Source: an uncultured Thermofilaceae archaeon
GTDB taxonomy: Archaea > Thermoproteota > Thermoprotei > Thermofilales > Thermofilaceae
DNA: 62,980 nucleotides
Reading direction: 5' to 3'
Assembly: GCA_964546235.1 (NCBI GenBank)
Contig: CAZJJA010000001.1
Span: forward strand, 1-62,980
The translations under genes were made by a program, and so were the position numbers. Of the stretch, positions 1 through 9,768 are shown in pieces (within the stretch, counting starts at the first letter, position 1; every line of letters starts with the position of its first letter). The notes beneath the pieces are model-generated. The model did no database searches and was not told the DNA's origin. It saw only the letters and a program-made list of their open reading frames with translations.

Positions 1-228
1 GTAAACCTCGAAGAAATAGCCAAAAAAACACAAGGCTACACAGGAGCAGACCTAGCTGCACTATGCAGAGAGGCAGCAATGATAGCGCTTAGAGAATCAG
101 GCAAACCTACTAGAGTGTCACAAAAACACTTCCTGAAAGCTCTAGAGGTCGTAAAGCCGAGCATTACAAGAGAAGACATCGAGAGATACGAAAAAATAGC
201 TGAAGAATTTAGAAGAATGCTTGTGTAA
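1..228 (+). CDS. AAA+ ATPase, CDC48/VCP family, C-terminal fragment (5' end outside window)
   Basis: Frame 1 is open from base 1 to TAA at 226-228. Translation VNLEEIAKKTQGYTGADLAALCREAAMIALRE...REDIERYEKIAEEFRRMLV resembles the D2 lid and C-terminal tail of archaeal CDC48. Confidence 0.6.
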   Translation, partial: VNLEEIAKKTQGYTGADLAALCREAAMIALRESGKPTRVSQKHFLKALEVVKPSITREDIERYEKIAEEFRRMLV

Positions 229-265
229 ACTCATCTTTCTCATTATATTTTTTAATATTTTTTAT

Positions 266-322
266 AACATCAGCCGAGAGTTCATTCTTCACACCTCTGA
301 TTTGGTACTTCTCATCATCCAA
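266..322 (-). ncRNA. C/D box sRNA (2'-O-methylation guide)
   Basis: Minus strand reads C box AUGAUGA (318-312), 12-nt guide GAAGUACCAAAU, D' CAGA, 3-nt spacer, C' GUGAAGA, 12-nt guide AUGAACUCUCGG, D box CUGA (273-270). Lies in the spacer between two + strand genes. Confidence 0.65.
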
Positions 323-363
323 GATGTATATATTCGGCTTGGACTATTTATAGTATAAACAGT

Positions 364-1416
364 ATGTTTAGCACGAAATCTGGAAGAAGGTACTTTGCGG
401 GCATAAAGGTTAGAAGAAAAACAGGTATAAGTAGTGAGAATGTCTTTATAAAAAAGAGTTTCCTGGAAAAACATCTGGAGCGGTTTGGAATATTCTTTAC
501 ACCTACAATTTCTTACATTGGTGATTCTGACAATAGGATACGAGTACATGTAGTTTCTTTTTCCTCGAGAAATGACTATATTGTTGTGACTAGACCTCTT
601 TCATTTTCTATTAATGATGTTTTTTCTGTAATCGATTTTCTGAGAAAAGAACACGAGGTTCCTGTTATCGTTTCTATAGTGGCTGATAGGCTTTCTCGAT
701 ATAAAGAATTGATTAAAAATTTTCACGACAATGTCGACGGCATAGAGATTGACCTGGGGTTATTCTATACACTTTACGGGTATAAGAGAGGATTTGAATC
801 TTACGCCATTGATATTGTAGAAGAGCTTGTTTCATATTCTCCTGTTCCAATAATCGCTAAAATAACCCCTAACATGCCAATGAGTGTAGATTTTTTGGAG
901 GCCATTGAGGACACAGGATTGGGTGGGTTTGTCTTTTCTCCGCATCCAATTTATAGTGTTGGAAACGAAATCTTCAGAATACATTCTGTCCAGCTTTCAA
1001 CAATTTATTCCTATGTTTGGGCTGGTATTGTAGTTTCAAAAGTGAAAATAAGCACTGCTTTTATAAGTGACACAAACATACTCGAAGACATAAATACTAG
1101 TATTGCCGGGATTTTCGATCTCATTCTTTTTGATACATATCTTTTGTTTGAAGAATTAAATGAAGAAGATGTTGTTAAAAAAGGCTATGAATTTCCATTG
1201 AAATGGAGAAAAATACCAACAAATTTAAGACCAGCTCTTATTCCAGGAAGCGAATCACAAAAGTGCATTAACATATGTCCCTATAATGCATTCAACTTAA
1301 ATGAAATAGACGAAAAAACACTCATAATTGCTAATGAAGATTGCGATAGATGCGGGCTCTGCATCACATTATGCGATAAAAAAATTACGCTTGCTACAGA
1401 GCTTCTTCCCGAGTAA
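364..1416 (+). CDS. Dihydroorotate/dihydropyrimidine dehydrogenase-like TIM-barrel protein with C-terminal 4Fe-4S ferredoxin-type Cys motifs (start uncertain)
   Basis: 350-aa ORF. C-terminus has CINICPYNAF...CDRCGLCITLCDKK (two CxxCxxC-like clusters). The middle region (VDGIEIDLG, IIAKITPNM) resembles the DHOD family. The N-terminal about 60 aa are doubtful. Confidence 0.5.
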   Translation: MFSTKSGRRYFAGIKVRRKTGISSENVFIKKSFLEKHLERFGIFFTPTISYIGDSDNRIRVHVVSFSSRNDYIVVTRPLSFSINDVFSVIDFLRKEHEVPVIVSIVADRLSRYKELIKNFHDNVDGIEIDLGLFYTLYGYKRGFESYAIDIVEELVSYSPVPIIAKITPNMPMSVDFLEAIEDTGLGGFVFSPHPIYSVGNEIFRIHSVQLSTIYSYVWAGIVVSKVKISTAFISDTNILEDINTSIAGIFDLILFDTYLLFEELNEEDVVKKGYEFPLKWRKIPTNLRPALIPGSESQKCINICPYNAFNLNEIDEKTLIIANEDCDRCGLCITLCDKKITLATELLPE

Positions 1417-3799
1417 TATCCTCAAGCTTCAGGAAGAAAAACTTCAGTGCTTCCTCTTCGCTTTTCACATCTAGATATGTCTCGGAAAGCTTCTTTGCTA
1501 CATTTTTTATTTCTTTCATGGCTATTGGTGGGGCCACTCCTAAATCGTTGCATGCTACTCTCCAACTTTTTGCTTGCAAAACTTTTGCTATAAGCAGTTT
1601 TTTCTGGAAATCTGTGAACTCGGGCTTTTTACTAGACATAAAGTAGTGTCTAGCAAGTAAGGATACAACGTCCATACAGTTTTCTAGAGTCATATCACTC
1701 CATGCATATGTGAGAAAGCGCGCCTTCTGGAGTGTTTCCATCTTTAGTTCTAAGTCTTTTGTGGGTGTTGACTCCAAAATCATCTTAGCTGACTCTAGGT
1801 CAAGATCATGATAAGGTTCCGTCAGCGAGCCCAGAATCTTTTTCTTGAATTCCCAGGAAATGACGTCAATGAACCTTTTGGCTTTTTCATTAAGCGGTTT
1901 GACAACTATTATAGAATATTCACCGCTAACCGGATTTCTTTCAGGACTCATATGGACCGGCGTATAGCCGTTTCTTAGCCAGAATTTTAGCAATTCACGT
2001 GTCACCCCGAATCCAGCTCCTATCCAGTCATAGCAGTTGCTCCTAGCTTCCTCTTCTAAAAATTTTAAAGCAAGGCTTCCTAATCCCTGCCTCATAACGT
2101 CGGGATGAGTAGCTATTCTAACTATTCTTATGCCCTTTAGTTCTCCAAAGTCTATCAATTTATAATGTTTAATCAACCGGTCTGGAATTATGTTTCCCAT
2201 TATCCAAGCTCCCTTTGCCGATTCCTTGGCTATTTCTTCTCCCATCAAACCCTCTTCAGCCAGTTCTAAGGAAACAACGATTTTGTTAGATGGCAGTTTT
2301 AATGCTCGCACAAAATGGTGTGGTGCATCCATCATTATGCCTAGATCATTTGGATTGTTTCTATAGTGTGCCATTATATAAATACCGAAAAACTGCCTGA
2401 GTTCCTTTTCGTTTTCTAGGAAGAATTCTTCAAGATCTGGTATATAATACTCTACTTTCTTCTCGGCTATATATTCGAGGTCCTTTTCATCAAGCTTGGC
2501 TGGCTCGGCGTCGAGCAATAATGTATCAAATACCCATTTTTCTATGGGGTCTTCTGGAGCATATCTTATCGGCTCGCCCATTTCATACTCGTAAATTTCG
2601 ATATTCTCCATGCTCCTTAATCGCTTTAAGAATCTTATAGAAAATCCTCTCCCGGCTCCTTCATATCCGTGGACCGTTGAGGAGAAAACAACTTTATCGT
2701 GATTTTTGAGAATAGAAAAGAGCATGGGAACATGTATAGACGCGGCCTCATCTACTGCTATAATGTCGCATTTGGCTTTTGAAGCAGCCAACGGCTTATA
2801 ATATTCAATTTCTATACCCTTAGCGTAGACTCCAATGATGTATCCTTCTTTTTCCTCTATATCGACCTTATGTTTAAGCACGGCTAGAGCTCTAGCCGCG
2901 AATCTAAAGACCTCTTGAACATTTGTTTCGTTAGGAGCCGTAACAATTATTCTACATTTACCTTTTGCCCTCCTTAATTTGTGGGCGATTCCTCCGAGAG
3001 CTAATCCTATAGCTGAAGATTTCCCTCTACCTCTATCAGCTGTGAGAACAAAAACGAGTTTCTTGTCTTCAATTTTTTTATAGAAATTACCCATGATAGT
3101 CAATACATTGACTTGATCCTGCGTTAAAGCGAGCTGGAAGACCTTTCTAGGTATCTTGGATTTTTCTGGAAATGTCAACGATGTAGGTTTATACGACTTA
3201 ATTTTCTCCTTGGGAAATCTTTTTATAAATACTGTTCTATCCGCATCGTATATAGCTATGCCACTATGTTCCATTAATTTTCTCACAAATCTTTTCTCAA
3301 AATATCTCCTTAGGTCTTTTACAGTATATTGAGGCGTTAGAAGATTACTTTGAAACCTTGTAACTATCTTGAATAATGTGTCAAAGGAGGGCATCAATAA
3401 GATATATAACCCTCCACCTTCGACAACGCCCATAAGTCTGCCAATATCATTCGGCTCAAGATTGTTGAGGAGATCGATGACCGCAACATTATAGGTCTTG
3501 CCCAGAATCTTATCTAGTACATGATAGGATATATATTCGGTTTGATACGTCGACGCAATACCCTTTTCGAACATTCTTTTTCTCTCAACACCGTCTTCAA
3601 AAAAGACATGGTAAGCATATATCAACTTAGTCCCACTTCCAAAGACGTTTTTAAGTGCATGAAGCACCTCCAGAGCGCCCATTATCAGTCTAGATGCATC
3701 ATCGCTCACTATCACTAGCATACGTCTATGCCGAGCTTTTTTCGCCTTAATGACCTCTTCACGTATCTCTTCTAGATATTCATTCGTAAAGACGGCCAC
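1394..3799 (-). CDS. tmcA: tRNA(Met) cytidine acetyltransferase TmcA (Nat10-type helicase + GNAT)
   Basis: 801 aa with P-loop ADRGRGKSSAIG, DEAA box and GNAT segment IVRIATHPDVMRQGLGS. Size and order are typical of TmcA. Confidence 0.85.
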   Translation of the reverse strand: MAVFTNEYLEEIREEVIKAKKARHRRMLVIVSDDASRLIMGALEVLHALKNVFGSGTKLIYAYHVFFEDGVERKRMFEKGIASTYQTEYISYHVLDKILGKTYNVAVIDLLNNLEPNDIGRLMGVVEGGGLYILLMPSFDTLFKIVTRFQSNLLTPQYTVKDLRRYFEKRFVRKLMEHSGIAIYDADRTVFIKRFPKEKIKSYKPTSLTFPEKSKIPRKVFQLALTQDQVNVLTIMGNFYKKIEDKKLVFVLTADRGRGKSSAIGLALGGIAHKLRRAKGKCRIIVTAPNETNVQEVFRFAARALAVLKHKVDIEEKEGYIIGVYAKGIEIEYYKPLAASKAKCDIIAVDEAASIHVPMLFSILKNHDKVVFSSTVHGYEGAGRGFSIRFLKRLRSMENIEIYEYEMGEPIRYAPEDPIEKWVFDTLLLDAEPAKLDEKDLEYIAEKKVEYYIPDLEEFFLENEKELRQFFGIYIMAHYRNNPNDLGIMMDAPHHFVRALKLPSNKIVVSLELAEEGLMGEEIAKESAKGAWIMGNIIPDRLIKHYKLIDFGELKGIRIVRIATHPDVMRQGLGSLALKFLEEEARSNCYDWIGAGFGVTRELLKFWLRNGYTPVHMSPERNPVSGEYSIIVVKPLNEKAKRFIDVISWEFKKKILGSLTEPYHDLDLESAKMILESTPTKDLELKMETLQKARFLTYAWSDMTLENCMDVVSLLARHYFMSSKKPEFTDFQKKLLIAKVLQAKSWRVACNDLGVAPPIAMKEIKNVAKKLSETYLDVKSEEEALKFFFLKLEDITREEAL

Positions 3800-3800
3800 G

Positions 3801-5138
3801 CTAAAACCCCTGTCCTATTAAGTCCTTAGGTTTTATAAATTCCCTCAAAAGAACTGTAGCATACATTCCCTTTCTAAGACTAAATTCCATTCTTAAGGTT
3901 TTGTTGTCTATAAAAGTATGAGTCAGATTTTTTGGAATCATACATGCTCTTCTAAACGTGCCAGACGAAGATATCTCTGGCATTTCTTTCAAATAAAAGT
4001 CTCCTAGATCCACTCCCTCCTCCTTTAAAACTTCTCTTTCAATCTCACCTTGAACTCCGCGGGAAAGCTGTGATCTATAACCAACAATAGGTAAAAGTAA
4101 AGCAGCCTTATCTTCTCGTATTAATTTATTTACCTTATCTACCAACACGTCATTCACTCTGAGCAAACCTTTAGGCTCTGAAGACTTATCGTCGGAATAT
4201 ATTCCTACAACATCTCCTGGATAGGCATACACATAAGATAGGTCTTTTTCTATCCTACGGCTCAAAATTTTGTTAAATAAATACGCTTGATAAGCTCCTA
4301 TAAATAATCTCCTTATATATAAAGGAAGAGACCTAATTGCACCATAATAATCTTCGGGATGTGTTAAAAGATACCTTAAAACATGCCTCTCGTGGTGCAA
4401 TGTCTTAGGAAACATCTCTAGTGCACCCTTTATATCCCAAGTATCATTTAGATACCTTCTTGCCTCTACAGCTTTTCCCTTTTCTTCGGGAAAAATTCTG
4501 AGAAGCATCTCCATTACTGCCTCTTTATATTTTCTTTGAATAATGAGTTTCCCCACAATATGGGTATTAGGTCTTATAGTCCCAAAACGCTGATATCCAT
4601 AATAATTAGGTACTCCTACTTTTTCTTTCAACTCTTCAACTAAGGAAACGAGATTTTCAGGATTTTCAACATCACGAATAATTATCGAGAAAAAATTTCC
4701 ATACAACATTCCTGGACGAAGATAAAACGGTCTTCTAAACAAACAATGCAACCTTATCCTAGAATACTTGGCATTAAATCCCTCAATAAGACTCTGATTA
4801 ATCTCGTCTAAAAACGATATATACTGAAAAGTAACTGCTCTGGTATCCTTTAAACCAGCCACACTAACTCTATTTCTTCCTAGAGAAAACCATCTTGCCA
4901 CTATTCTTAGAGCCGTCACAGTATCTATTCCTCTCTTCTCTAAAACAGCCCACCAATATCCTTCTTCAGAAGAAACGTATTGATCGCACTCAGGCGATGC
5001 AAGTAAGCCGTCCACACCTATTTCTTTTACAACAAAATCTTCTAAACTCCGCCTTATCGACCCTCCAATTCCATCTTTCTCTAAAGCATAGAACTCGAGC
5101 CCTAGAAAGATATCTAAATCCAATGATGATCTTCTCAT
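3801..5138 (-). CDS. truD: tRNA pseudouridine synthase TruD/Pus7 family
   Basis: 445 aa with the TruD signature AGLKDTRAVTFQ and NYYGYQRFG. Confidence 0.85.
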   Translation of the reverse strand: MRRSSLDLDIFLGLEFYALEKDGIGGSIRRSLEDFVVKEIGVDGLLASPECDQYVSSEEGYWWAVLEKRGIDTVTALRIVARWFSLGRNRVSVAGLKDTRAVTFQYISFLDEINQSLIEGFNAKYSRIRLHCLFRRPFYLRPGMLYGNFFSIIIRDVENPENLVSLVEELKEKVGVPNYYGYQRFGTIRPNTHIVGKLIIQRKYKEAVMEMLLRIFPEEKGKAVEARRYLNDTWDIKGALEMFPKTLHHERHVLRYLLTHPEDYYGAIRSLPLYIRRLFIGAYQAYLFNKILSRRIEKDLSYVYAYPGDVVGIYSDDKSSEPKGLLRVNDVLVDKVNKLIREDKAALLLPIVGYRSQLSRGVQGEIEREVLKEEGVDLGDFYLKEMPEISSSGTFRRACMIPKNLTHTFIDNKTLRMEFSLRKGMYATVLLREFIKPKDLIGQGF

Positions 5139-5148
5139 AGCTATAACC

Positions 5149-5514
5149 CTACAACAGTTTTAGTTTACCAGTAATTTCGTCTATTTTCTTTGAAGGAGCT
5201 GGACCGATACCGACAGACGTTATAGTTCCTGGTTCTAGCTGTGTCAATCCCTTATCACTTATAAGAACCGTTGGTAAACCAGCCTCCTTGGCTTTATTAT
5301 ATATTTCTAACAATTCATCAAGACTATCAACTCTAACTACTATCTTTTTTTGTCCCTTATTAAGCCACGCGTCCACCCATTCTCTATGGGAATTTAATGC
5401 TTCAAGTAGCGCAGATACAGACGCGTGAGCAACTTGTACGGCTAATTTACCCTTACCCATTTTAATGTCTCTTCTAACTACAATGACTTGTTTAATTTCC
5501 ACAGTTGTCAACAT
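5149..5514 (-). CDS. pth: Peptidyl-tRNA hydrolase, archaeal Pth2 type
   Basis: 121 aa. KLAVQVAHASV and LISDKGLTQLEPGT are typical of Pth2. Confidence 0.85.
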   Translation of the reverse strand: MLTTVEIKQVIVVRRDIKMGKGKLAVQVAHASVSALLEALNSHREWVDAWLNKGQKKIVVRVDSLDELLEIYNKAKEAGLPTVLISDKGLTQLEPGTITSVGIGPAPSKKIDEITGKLKLL

Positions 5515-5559
5515 CTAGCCCACACACAAAAAAGAGGAGAATATATAACAGTTTAGAAG

Positions 5560-6078
5560 CTATGCTCTCTTATATCCTATCTTTCTCAGAAACTTGATCC
5601 TCTTTTTCTTATTTTCATCGTCCTCTACTCCCACCGGTGTAAAGCCGTCTACTACGCCAATAACTCCTCTGCCCTGGTCCGTTTCTACAACAATCACTTG
5701 TACTGGATTTGCTGTTGCACAGAATATGTTAACAACCTCGCTAACCCTCTTTATTTCGTTTAGCACATTTATTGGCCATGCTTCTCTTATGAAAATAACA
5801 AAAACATGTCCTGCTCCAATCTTCTCTGCAGTCTCTATAGCTGCCTTCACTAATTCCTTGTCATTTCCGTCATATCTAATCAGCCTATCTCCAGACGCTT
5901 CATTAAAAGCTAAACCAAACTTTATAGTTGGAGCGGAACTCACAAGCGCTTCAGCCAGGTCTTCTACAGTTTTTATGAAGTGTGACTGTCCTATTATTAC
6001 ATTAGATTTTTCGGGTAGCTTAACGTCAACAACCAGGATCTCGGCCTTACTCGGCATACTGTTAAAATCTATTCTCAT
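5560..6078 (-). CDS. Adenosine-specific-kinase-like protein (PF04008-type); trimmed to internal Met
   Basis: Conserved block [58 protein letters not shown]. The first 57 codons of the 229-aa ORF look non-coding, so I start at MRIDFNS (6078). Confidence 0.55.
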   Translation of the reverse strand: MRIDFNSMPSKAEILVVDVKLPEKSNVIIGQSHFIKTVEDLAEALVSSAPTIKFGLAFNEASGDRLIRYDGNDKELVKAAIETAEKIGAGHVFVIFIREAWPINVLNEIKRVSEVVNIFCATANPVQVIVVETDQGRGVIGVVDGFTPVGVEDDENKKKRIKFLRKIGYKRA

Positions 6079-6142
6079 GGCTACAAAAACGTTATCCAAG
6101 TAAATGTTATTTGATACGATGTACTCTCTATCTAGGTGAAGT

Positions 6143-6370
6143 TTGGTGAGCGAACACTCAATATGCATGTATGAGAGATGCAACAGGCCTAGCGAGATAA
6201 TATTGGAGATAGGTAAAAAACAAGTATGGCTATGTAGAGAACATTTCAATCAACTAGTGTATCGTATGTCACGCGCAGCGGAAAGAAGGGGTAGGGTGAG
6301 TTTTCGAGACCTAAACGTGATTGATGTCTCCGAGGGAAAAATAAGGATACTTATTAGGAGAAAATCGTAA
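6143..6370 (+). CDS. Small hypothetical protein with a Cys/His pattern (likely start ATG 6167)
   Basis: 75-aa ORF divergent from the 5560-6078 gene. Contains [22 protein letters not shown]. No family recognised. Confidence 0.35.
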   Translation: MVSEHSICMYERCNRPSEIILEIGKKQVWLCREHFNQLVYRMSRAAERRGRVSFRDLNVIDVSEGKIRILIRRKS

Positions 6371-6375
6371 GCTTC

Positions 6376-6879
6376 TTATTCAACTAATGCTAGCTGTGCT
6401 TCCAATTCTTCTAGCAATTTGTTGTATGTTTCATCGTCAATTATTCCTTCTTCATGCATCTTGTTGAGTTCTTCGATCCTTTTCTTTATCTCCTCTGAAG
6501 ATAATTTTACTGGAAGCCCTGCTCTCTTGAGGTGTATTCGTGAGAGATCGTCATATTTGTTAATTATTTCTGTTAGTTGGTTGAGTTCGTTTTTCAGTCT
6601 TTCAAGCTCTGATGAGAGTCTTTCTATTTTTTCATTCACCTTATTAAGTTCTTCAAGACCGAGTTCTATCTTTACCTTCAATTCTTCTATTTCCTTCTCA
6701 TAGGTATCAACGAGATTGCGAACTATATTTAAACGCTCTACTAAAGGCAATCTTTGTTTTTCCCATTCATAAATTACCTTCAGCGCTTCTTCCCTGTACT
6801 GATTCCAAAGATCTTCTATGCGTTGGAACATTTCTTTTAACTCTTCATCTATCATGTTTAGATTTTCCATATTATTCAA
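6376..6879 (-). CDS. Coiled-coil protein with C-terminal SHOCT-like motif (paralog of upstream gene)
   Basis: 167 aa with a heptad-rich E/K/L composition. Ends in GIIDDETYNKLLEELEAQL. Overlaps the upstream gene by 8 nt. Confidence 0.7.
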   Translation of the reverse strand: MNNMENLNMIDEELKEMFQRIEDLWNQYREEALKVIYEWEKQRLPLVERLNIVRNLVDTYEKEIEELKVKIELGLEELNKVNEKIERLSSELERLKNELNQLTEIINKYDDLSRIHLKRAGLPVKLSSEEIKKRIEELNKMHEEGIIDDETYNKLLEELEAQLALVE

Positions 6880-7681
6880 CCTCCTCTTTCACTCGTTCTA
6901 ATTTCTTAATTTTATCTTCTATTTCACTTTTCAATTTCAAGTACACTTCTTCTGATATCTGTCCATCCCTATAACGTTGCTCGAGCTTTGACAAAGCAAG
7001 CCTTAATTTTGCTATTTCTGGTTTCGCCTCTGCAACCTTTACTCGCTTGAAATGAGGAAGGATGAGTCTTTCAACTTCATTGAGTTTCTTTATTAATTCA
7101 TCCTGAAGATTTCTTTTTTCTGAAATCTTTCCTTCTAAATCACTTTTTAGTTCTTGATAGAGAGTTTCATCAATTATTCCAAGCTTATATTTTACTTCTA
7201 GCTTAGAAAGCTCGTCGATATATGTATCAATCGCCTGTTGAATACTCATGATAAGTTTTTCCATTTCTTCCCTCATGCTATCCCAGTATTCAATCAAAGC
7301 ACGGGCTTCTTTATCGTAAGTATCCCATAACCTGTTAAGATCTACAGCCTTTGAAGATATTTCCTCTAGTCTTTCTATAAGTTCTTCTTCTATCGGTTTT
7401 TCCTCGTGAACCAGGACTGGTGTTTCTTTCTCTTCCTCTTCTTCCTTTAAATAGACAGGTTCTGCCTCTTCCTTAGCAACCTCCTCCTCTACAGCTACAT
7501 GTTCCTCTGGTTTTTCGATCTCTTCCTCTCTTTCTTGATAGCTTATATAGTATGGACACTCCCAATATTCTGACAAACAAGGCATAAAAGCTGGGTCAAC
7601 TTCTGTGCCACCAGCATATGCACAATAGAATTTACCTTTCTCATCACGATAAAGTCCTGGACAAACGTTTCTATCCGACAT
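6872..7681 (-). CDS. Cys-rich N-domain + acidic linker + coiled-coil protein with two SHOCT-like motifs
   Basis: 269 aa. N-terminus is CPGLYRDEKGKFYCAY...MPCLSEYWECPYY, followed by a Glu-rich tract, then a region alignable by eye to the 167-aa neighbour (LWDTYDKEARALIEYW vs LWNQYREEALKVIYEW). Confidence 0.7.
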   Translation of the reverse strand: MSDRNVCPGLYRDEKGKFYCAYAGGTEVDPAFMPCLSEYWECPYYISYQEREEEIEKPEEHVAVEEEVAKEEAEPVYLKEEEEEKETPVLVHEEKPIEEELIERLEEISSKAVDLNRLWDTYDKEARALIEYWDSMREEMEKLIMSIQQAIDTYIDELSKLEVKYKLGIIDETLYQELKSDLEGKISEKRNLQDELIKKLNEVERLILPHFKRVKVAEAKPEIAKLRLALSKLEQRYRDGQISEEVYLKLKSEIEDKIKKLERVKEEVE

Positions 7682-7764
7682 GCTCTCCCCTACTTACACC
7701 TATTAGGTAAAAACGGACGTGTTGCTAATATCTGTAATTTTTCTTTAAATCTCTCTTAATGTTT

Positions 7765-9240
7765 TTAAACAAAATCATTACCGAATATTTTCTTTTCGCT
7801 CTCAAGAATTTCTCTATATATCTCTTCGATATTTGGGAACTTCTTGTCAAGTATGTTTTTTATATCATTAACAAAATCAAAATATTGTTTAGAAAGTATT
7901 GGAGACAGGTTAATTTCCTGAAAACTATAGTATTCATCCAAGTCGATTATTTCTGCTTCTTCGCCAGGTTTTTTGACAACATCGATCTCCAAGTCTATAT
8001 ACCAGATATGTCCTATCTGATTAACGTCTATTGGCGTGTTTATGTTTATGTAGACTCCTTTGATGTTTTGGTTTTTATCATAATAGGAGTGTAAGATGGA
8101 TCTCGAAAAGATCGAGAAATAGGATACTATTTTATCTCCTTCTTCTTTTTGAATTTTTAGCCCATCATATAATCCTTCTGGTTTAGTGATTTCTCTGGTG
8201 CAAACAATTTTTGTGTCTTCTATTTTTGATATCTTTGCATTCCAGATGTAGCCGTTTTTATGAATTTTATCATGGTATATGTTTATAATATCTCTATTTG
8301 TAGAGATAATACCAAGAATCGTATCCATATATTTTTTCTTCATAAGCTTTGGAGAAATACACTTGCTGTTTTCTATTATTTCTTCTACAAAGTCGATTTT
8401 ATCCGTCACTTCTCGTATCTTTAGTGATTTAAATGTGTGATGAAATGGCAACGTGGGAATTTGTTTATTTCTTATGCGGTCTAATTCTCTTAACACATCT
8501 GGCGGAAATCTGACATAAGAAAATGAGTCTCTATGAAAAACAGTGAGAGGTACATCTGCCTCTTTTATTTTTTTCAAGATCCTCTCTCCTTCCTCTATTA
8601 ATCTAGTTATTTCATCCATAATTAACGTTAGATCTGCGTCCTTTGAAGAACTTCTGAATCTTATCCCCCATCTACCTTTAGACAATTTTATAGCTAAAGA
8701 TAATAAGTCGAATCTTTTTTCTTCACTCTTTATGAATTTACTAACTGAGTGTTTTCCTCCTTCAATTATCCTAACATAATCTCCAAACAATACTAGTCCT
8801 TCGCGCATTAGGGGGTTATTGATACTCGGCTTAATTATGTGAGCCACTGTTGTCGCACCTACTTCGTGAGGTATATGCGATATCATTACTCCGCTTTTCT
8901 TGTCAGGTAATTCCACTTCATAGGTTTTCTCGTCAATTTTTTCTTTTATTTTCACTACAAACGAGGTATACGGGCCATATTTGATATATAATACAATTGA
9001 ACTTGGAAGAATCGAAAGAATATTGTATGTAAGATTCTTTACAATATTCTTCTCACCGATTATAACTATCCCTTTTTCTTCTTCAACATCTTTTATAGTA
9101 GCTTTAGGAGGATCGTCAGATAACTTTATTTCACTCTCAAATCTTCCTCTAGTCTTATCTGATATATCAGAAAAACTATATCCCATATCGGACAAAATCT
9201 TTGTAAGAGCTGTGGCGTAGATACCACGTATTCTCAGCAT
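7765..9240 (-). CDS. fau-1: RNA-binding protein / probable ribonuclease FAU-1 (RNase E/G-like N-domain + DUF402)
   Basis: 491 aa. N-terminus MLRIRGIYATALTKIL is typical of FAU-1. C-terminal IWYIDLEIDVVKKPGEEAEIIDLDEY resembles DUF402. Confidence 0.7.
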   Translation of the reverse strand: MLRIRGIYATALTKILSDMGYSFSDISDKTRGRFESEIKLSDDPPKATIKDVEEEKGIVIIGEKNIVKNLTYNILSILPSSIVLYIKYGPYTSFVVKIKEKIDEKTYEVELPDKKSGVMISHIPHEVGATTVAHIIKPSINNPLMREGLVLFGDYVRIIEGGKHSVSKFIKSEEKRFDLLSLAIKLSKGRWGIRFRSSSKDADLTLIMDEITRLIEEGERILKKIKEADVPLTVFHRDSFSYVRFPPDVLRELDRIRNKQIPTLPFHHTFKSLKIREVTDKIDFVEEIIENSKCISPKLMKKKYMDTILGIISTNRDIINIYHDKIHKNGYIWNAKISKIEDTKIVCTREITKPEGLYDGLKIQKEEGDKIVSYFSIFSRSILHSYYDKNQNIKGVYININTPIDVNQIGHIWYIDLEIDVVKKPGEEAEIIDLDEYYSFQEINLSPILSKQYFDFVNDIKNILDKKFPNIEEIYREILESEKKIFGNDFV

Positions 9241-9341
9241 ACGGACACCTGTTTTAATGCCCTCGAATATACGCGGTCTTTATAAATTAAATCAACCGTA
9301 AATTTTTAAGCTTAGCAATCACATAGGCATAGGCGATAATA

Positions 9342-9563
9342 ATGCCTTCGGGAACAGCTGAGTTATTATCAAAATCTCTTGGAAATACAGTATTAGTAAA
9401 ACTAAAAGGCGGAAGAGAGGTCAGAGGAGTATTGCTTAGCTATGATCAACACTTGAATTTAGTACTAGAAAATGCAGAAGAAATTCGTAACTCAAAAACA
9501 CGTCAGCTAGGAACAATAATTGTTAGAGGAGATAATGTAGTAATTGTAAGTCCCGTACTTTAG
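9342..9563 (+). CDS. Sm-like (LSm) archaeal protein
   Basis: 73 aa with Sm1/Sm2 motifs ([31 protein letters not shown]...IIVRGDNVV). Confidence 0.9.
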   Translation: MPSGTAELLSKSLGNTVLVKLKGGREVRGVLLSYDQHLNLVLENAEEIRNSKTRQLGTIIVRGDNVVIVSPVL

Positions 9564-9573
9564 GTGAGAAAAA

Positions 9574-9768
9574 ATGGTAAAAGGTACCACATCATTTGGA
9601 AAAAGAGGTAGAGGAAAAACTCACATCCGTTGTAGAAGATGCGGCCGCCATAGCTATAACATCAGAAAAGGCTATTGCGCAGCATGCGGATTTGGACGCT
9701 CAAAACGTATGAGAAAGTATTCATGGCAAAACAAAAAGATAAACAGATTAAGACTGCCAGCTAAATGA
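9574..9768 (+). CDS. rpl37e: 50S ribosomal protein L37e
   Basis: 64 aa with zinc ribbon [23 protein letters not shown]. The conserved LSm-L37e gene pair is present. Confidence 0.9.
   Translation: MVKGTTSFGKRGRGKTHIRCRRCGRHSYNIRKGYCAACGFGRSKRMRKYSWQNKKINRLRLPAK

Noticed and set aside
289-549. 86-aa minus-strand ORF
   Set aside because: It overlaps the C/D box sRNA and is antisense to the start of the 364-1416 ORF. It has no motif and poor composition.
7759-8094. 111-aa plus-strand ORF
   Set aside because: It is antisense to FAU-1 and has a hydrophobic, low-complexity composition.
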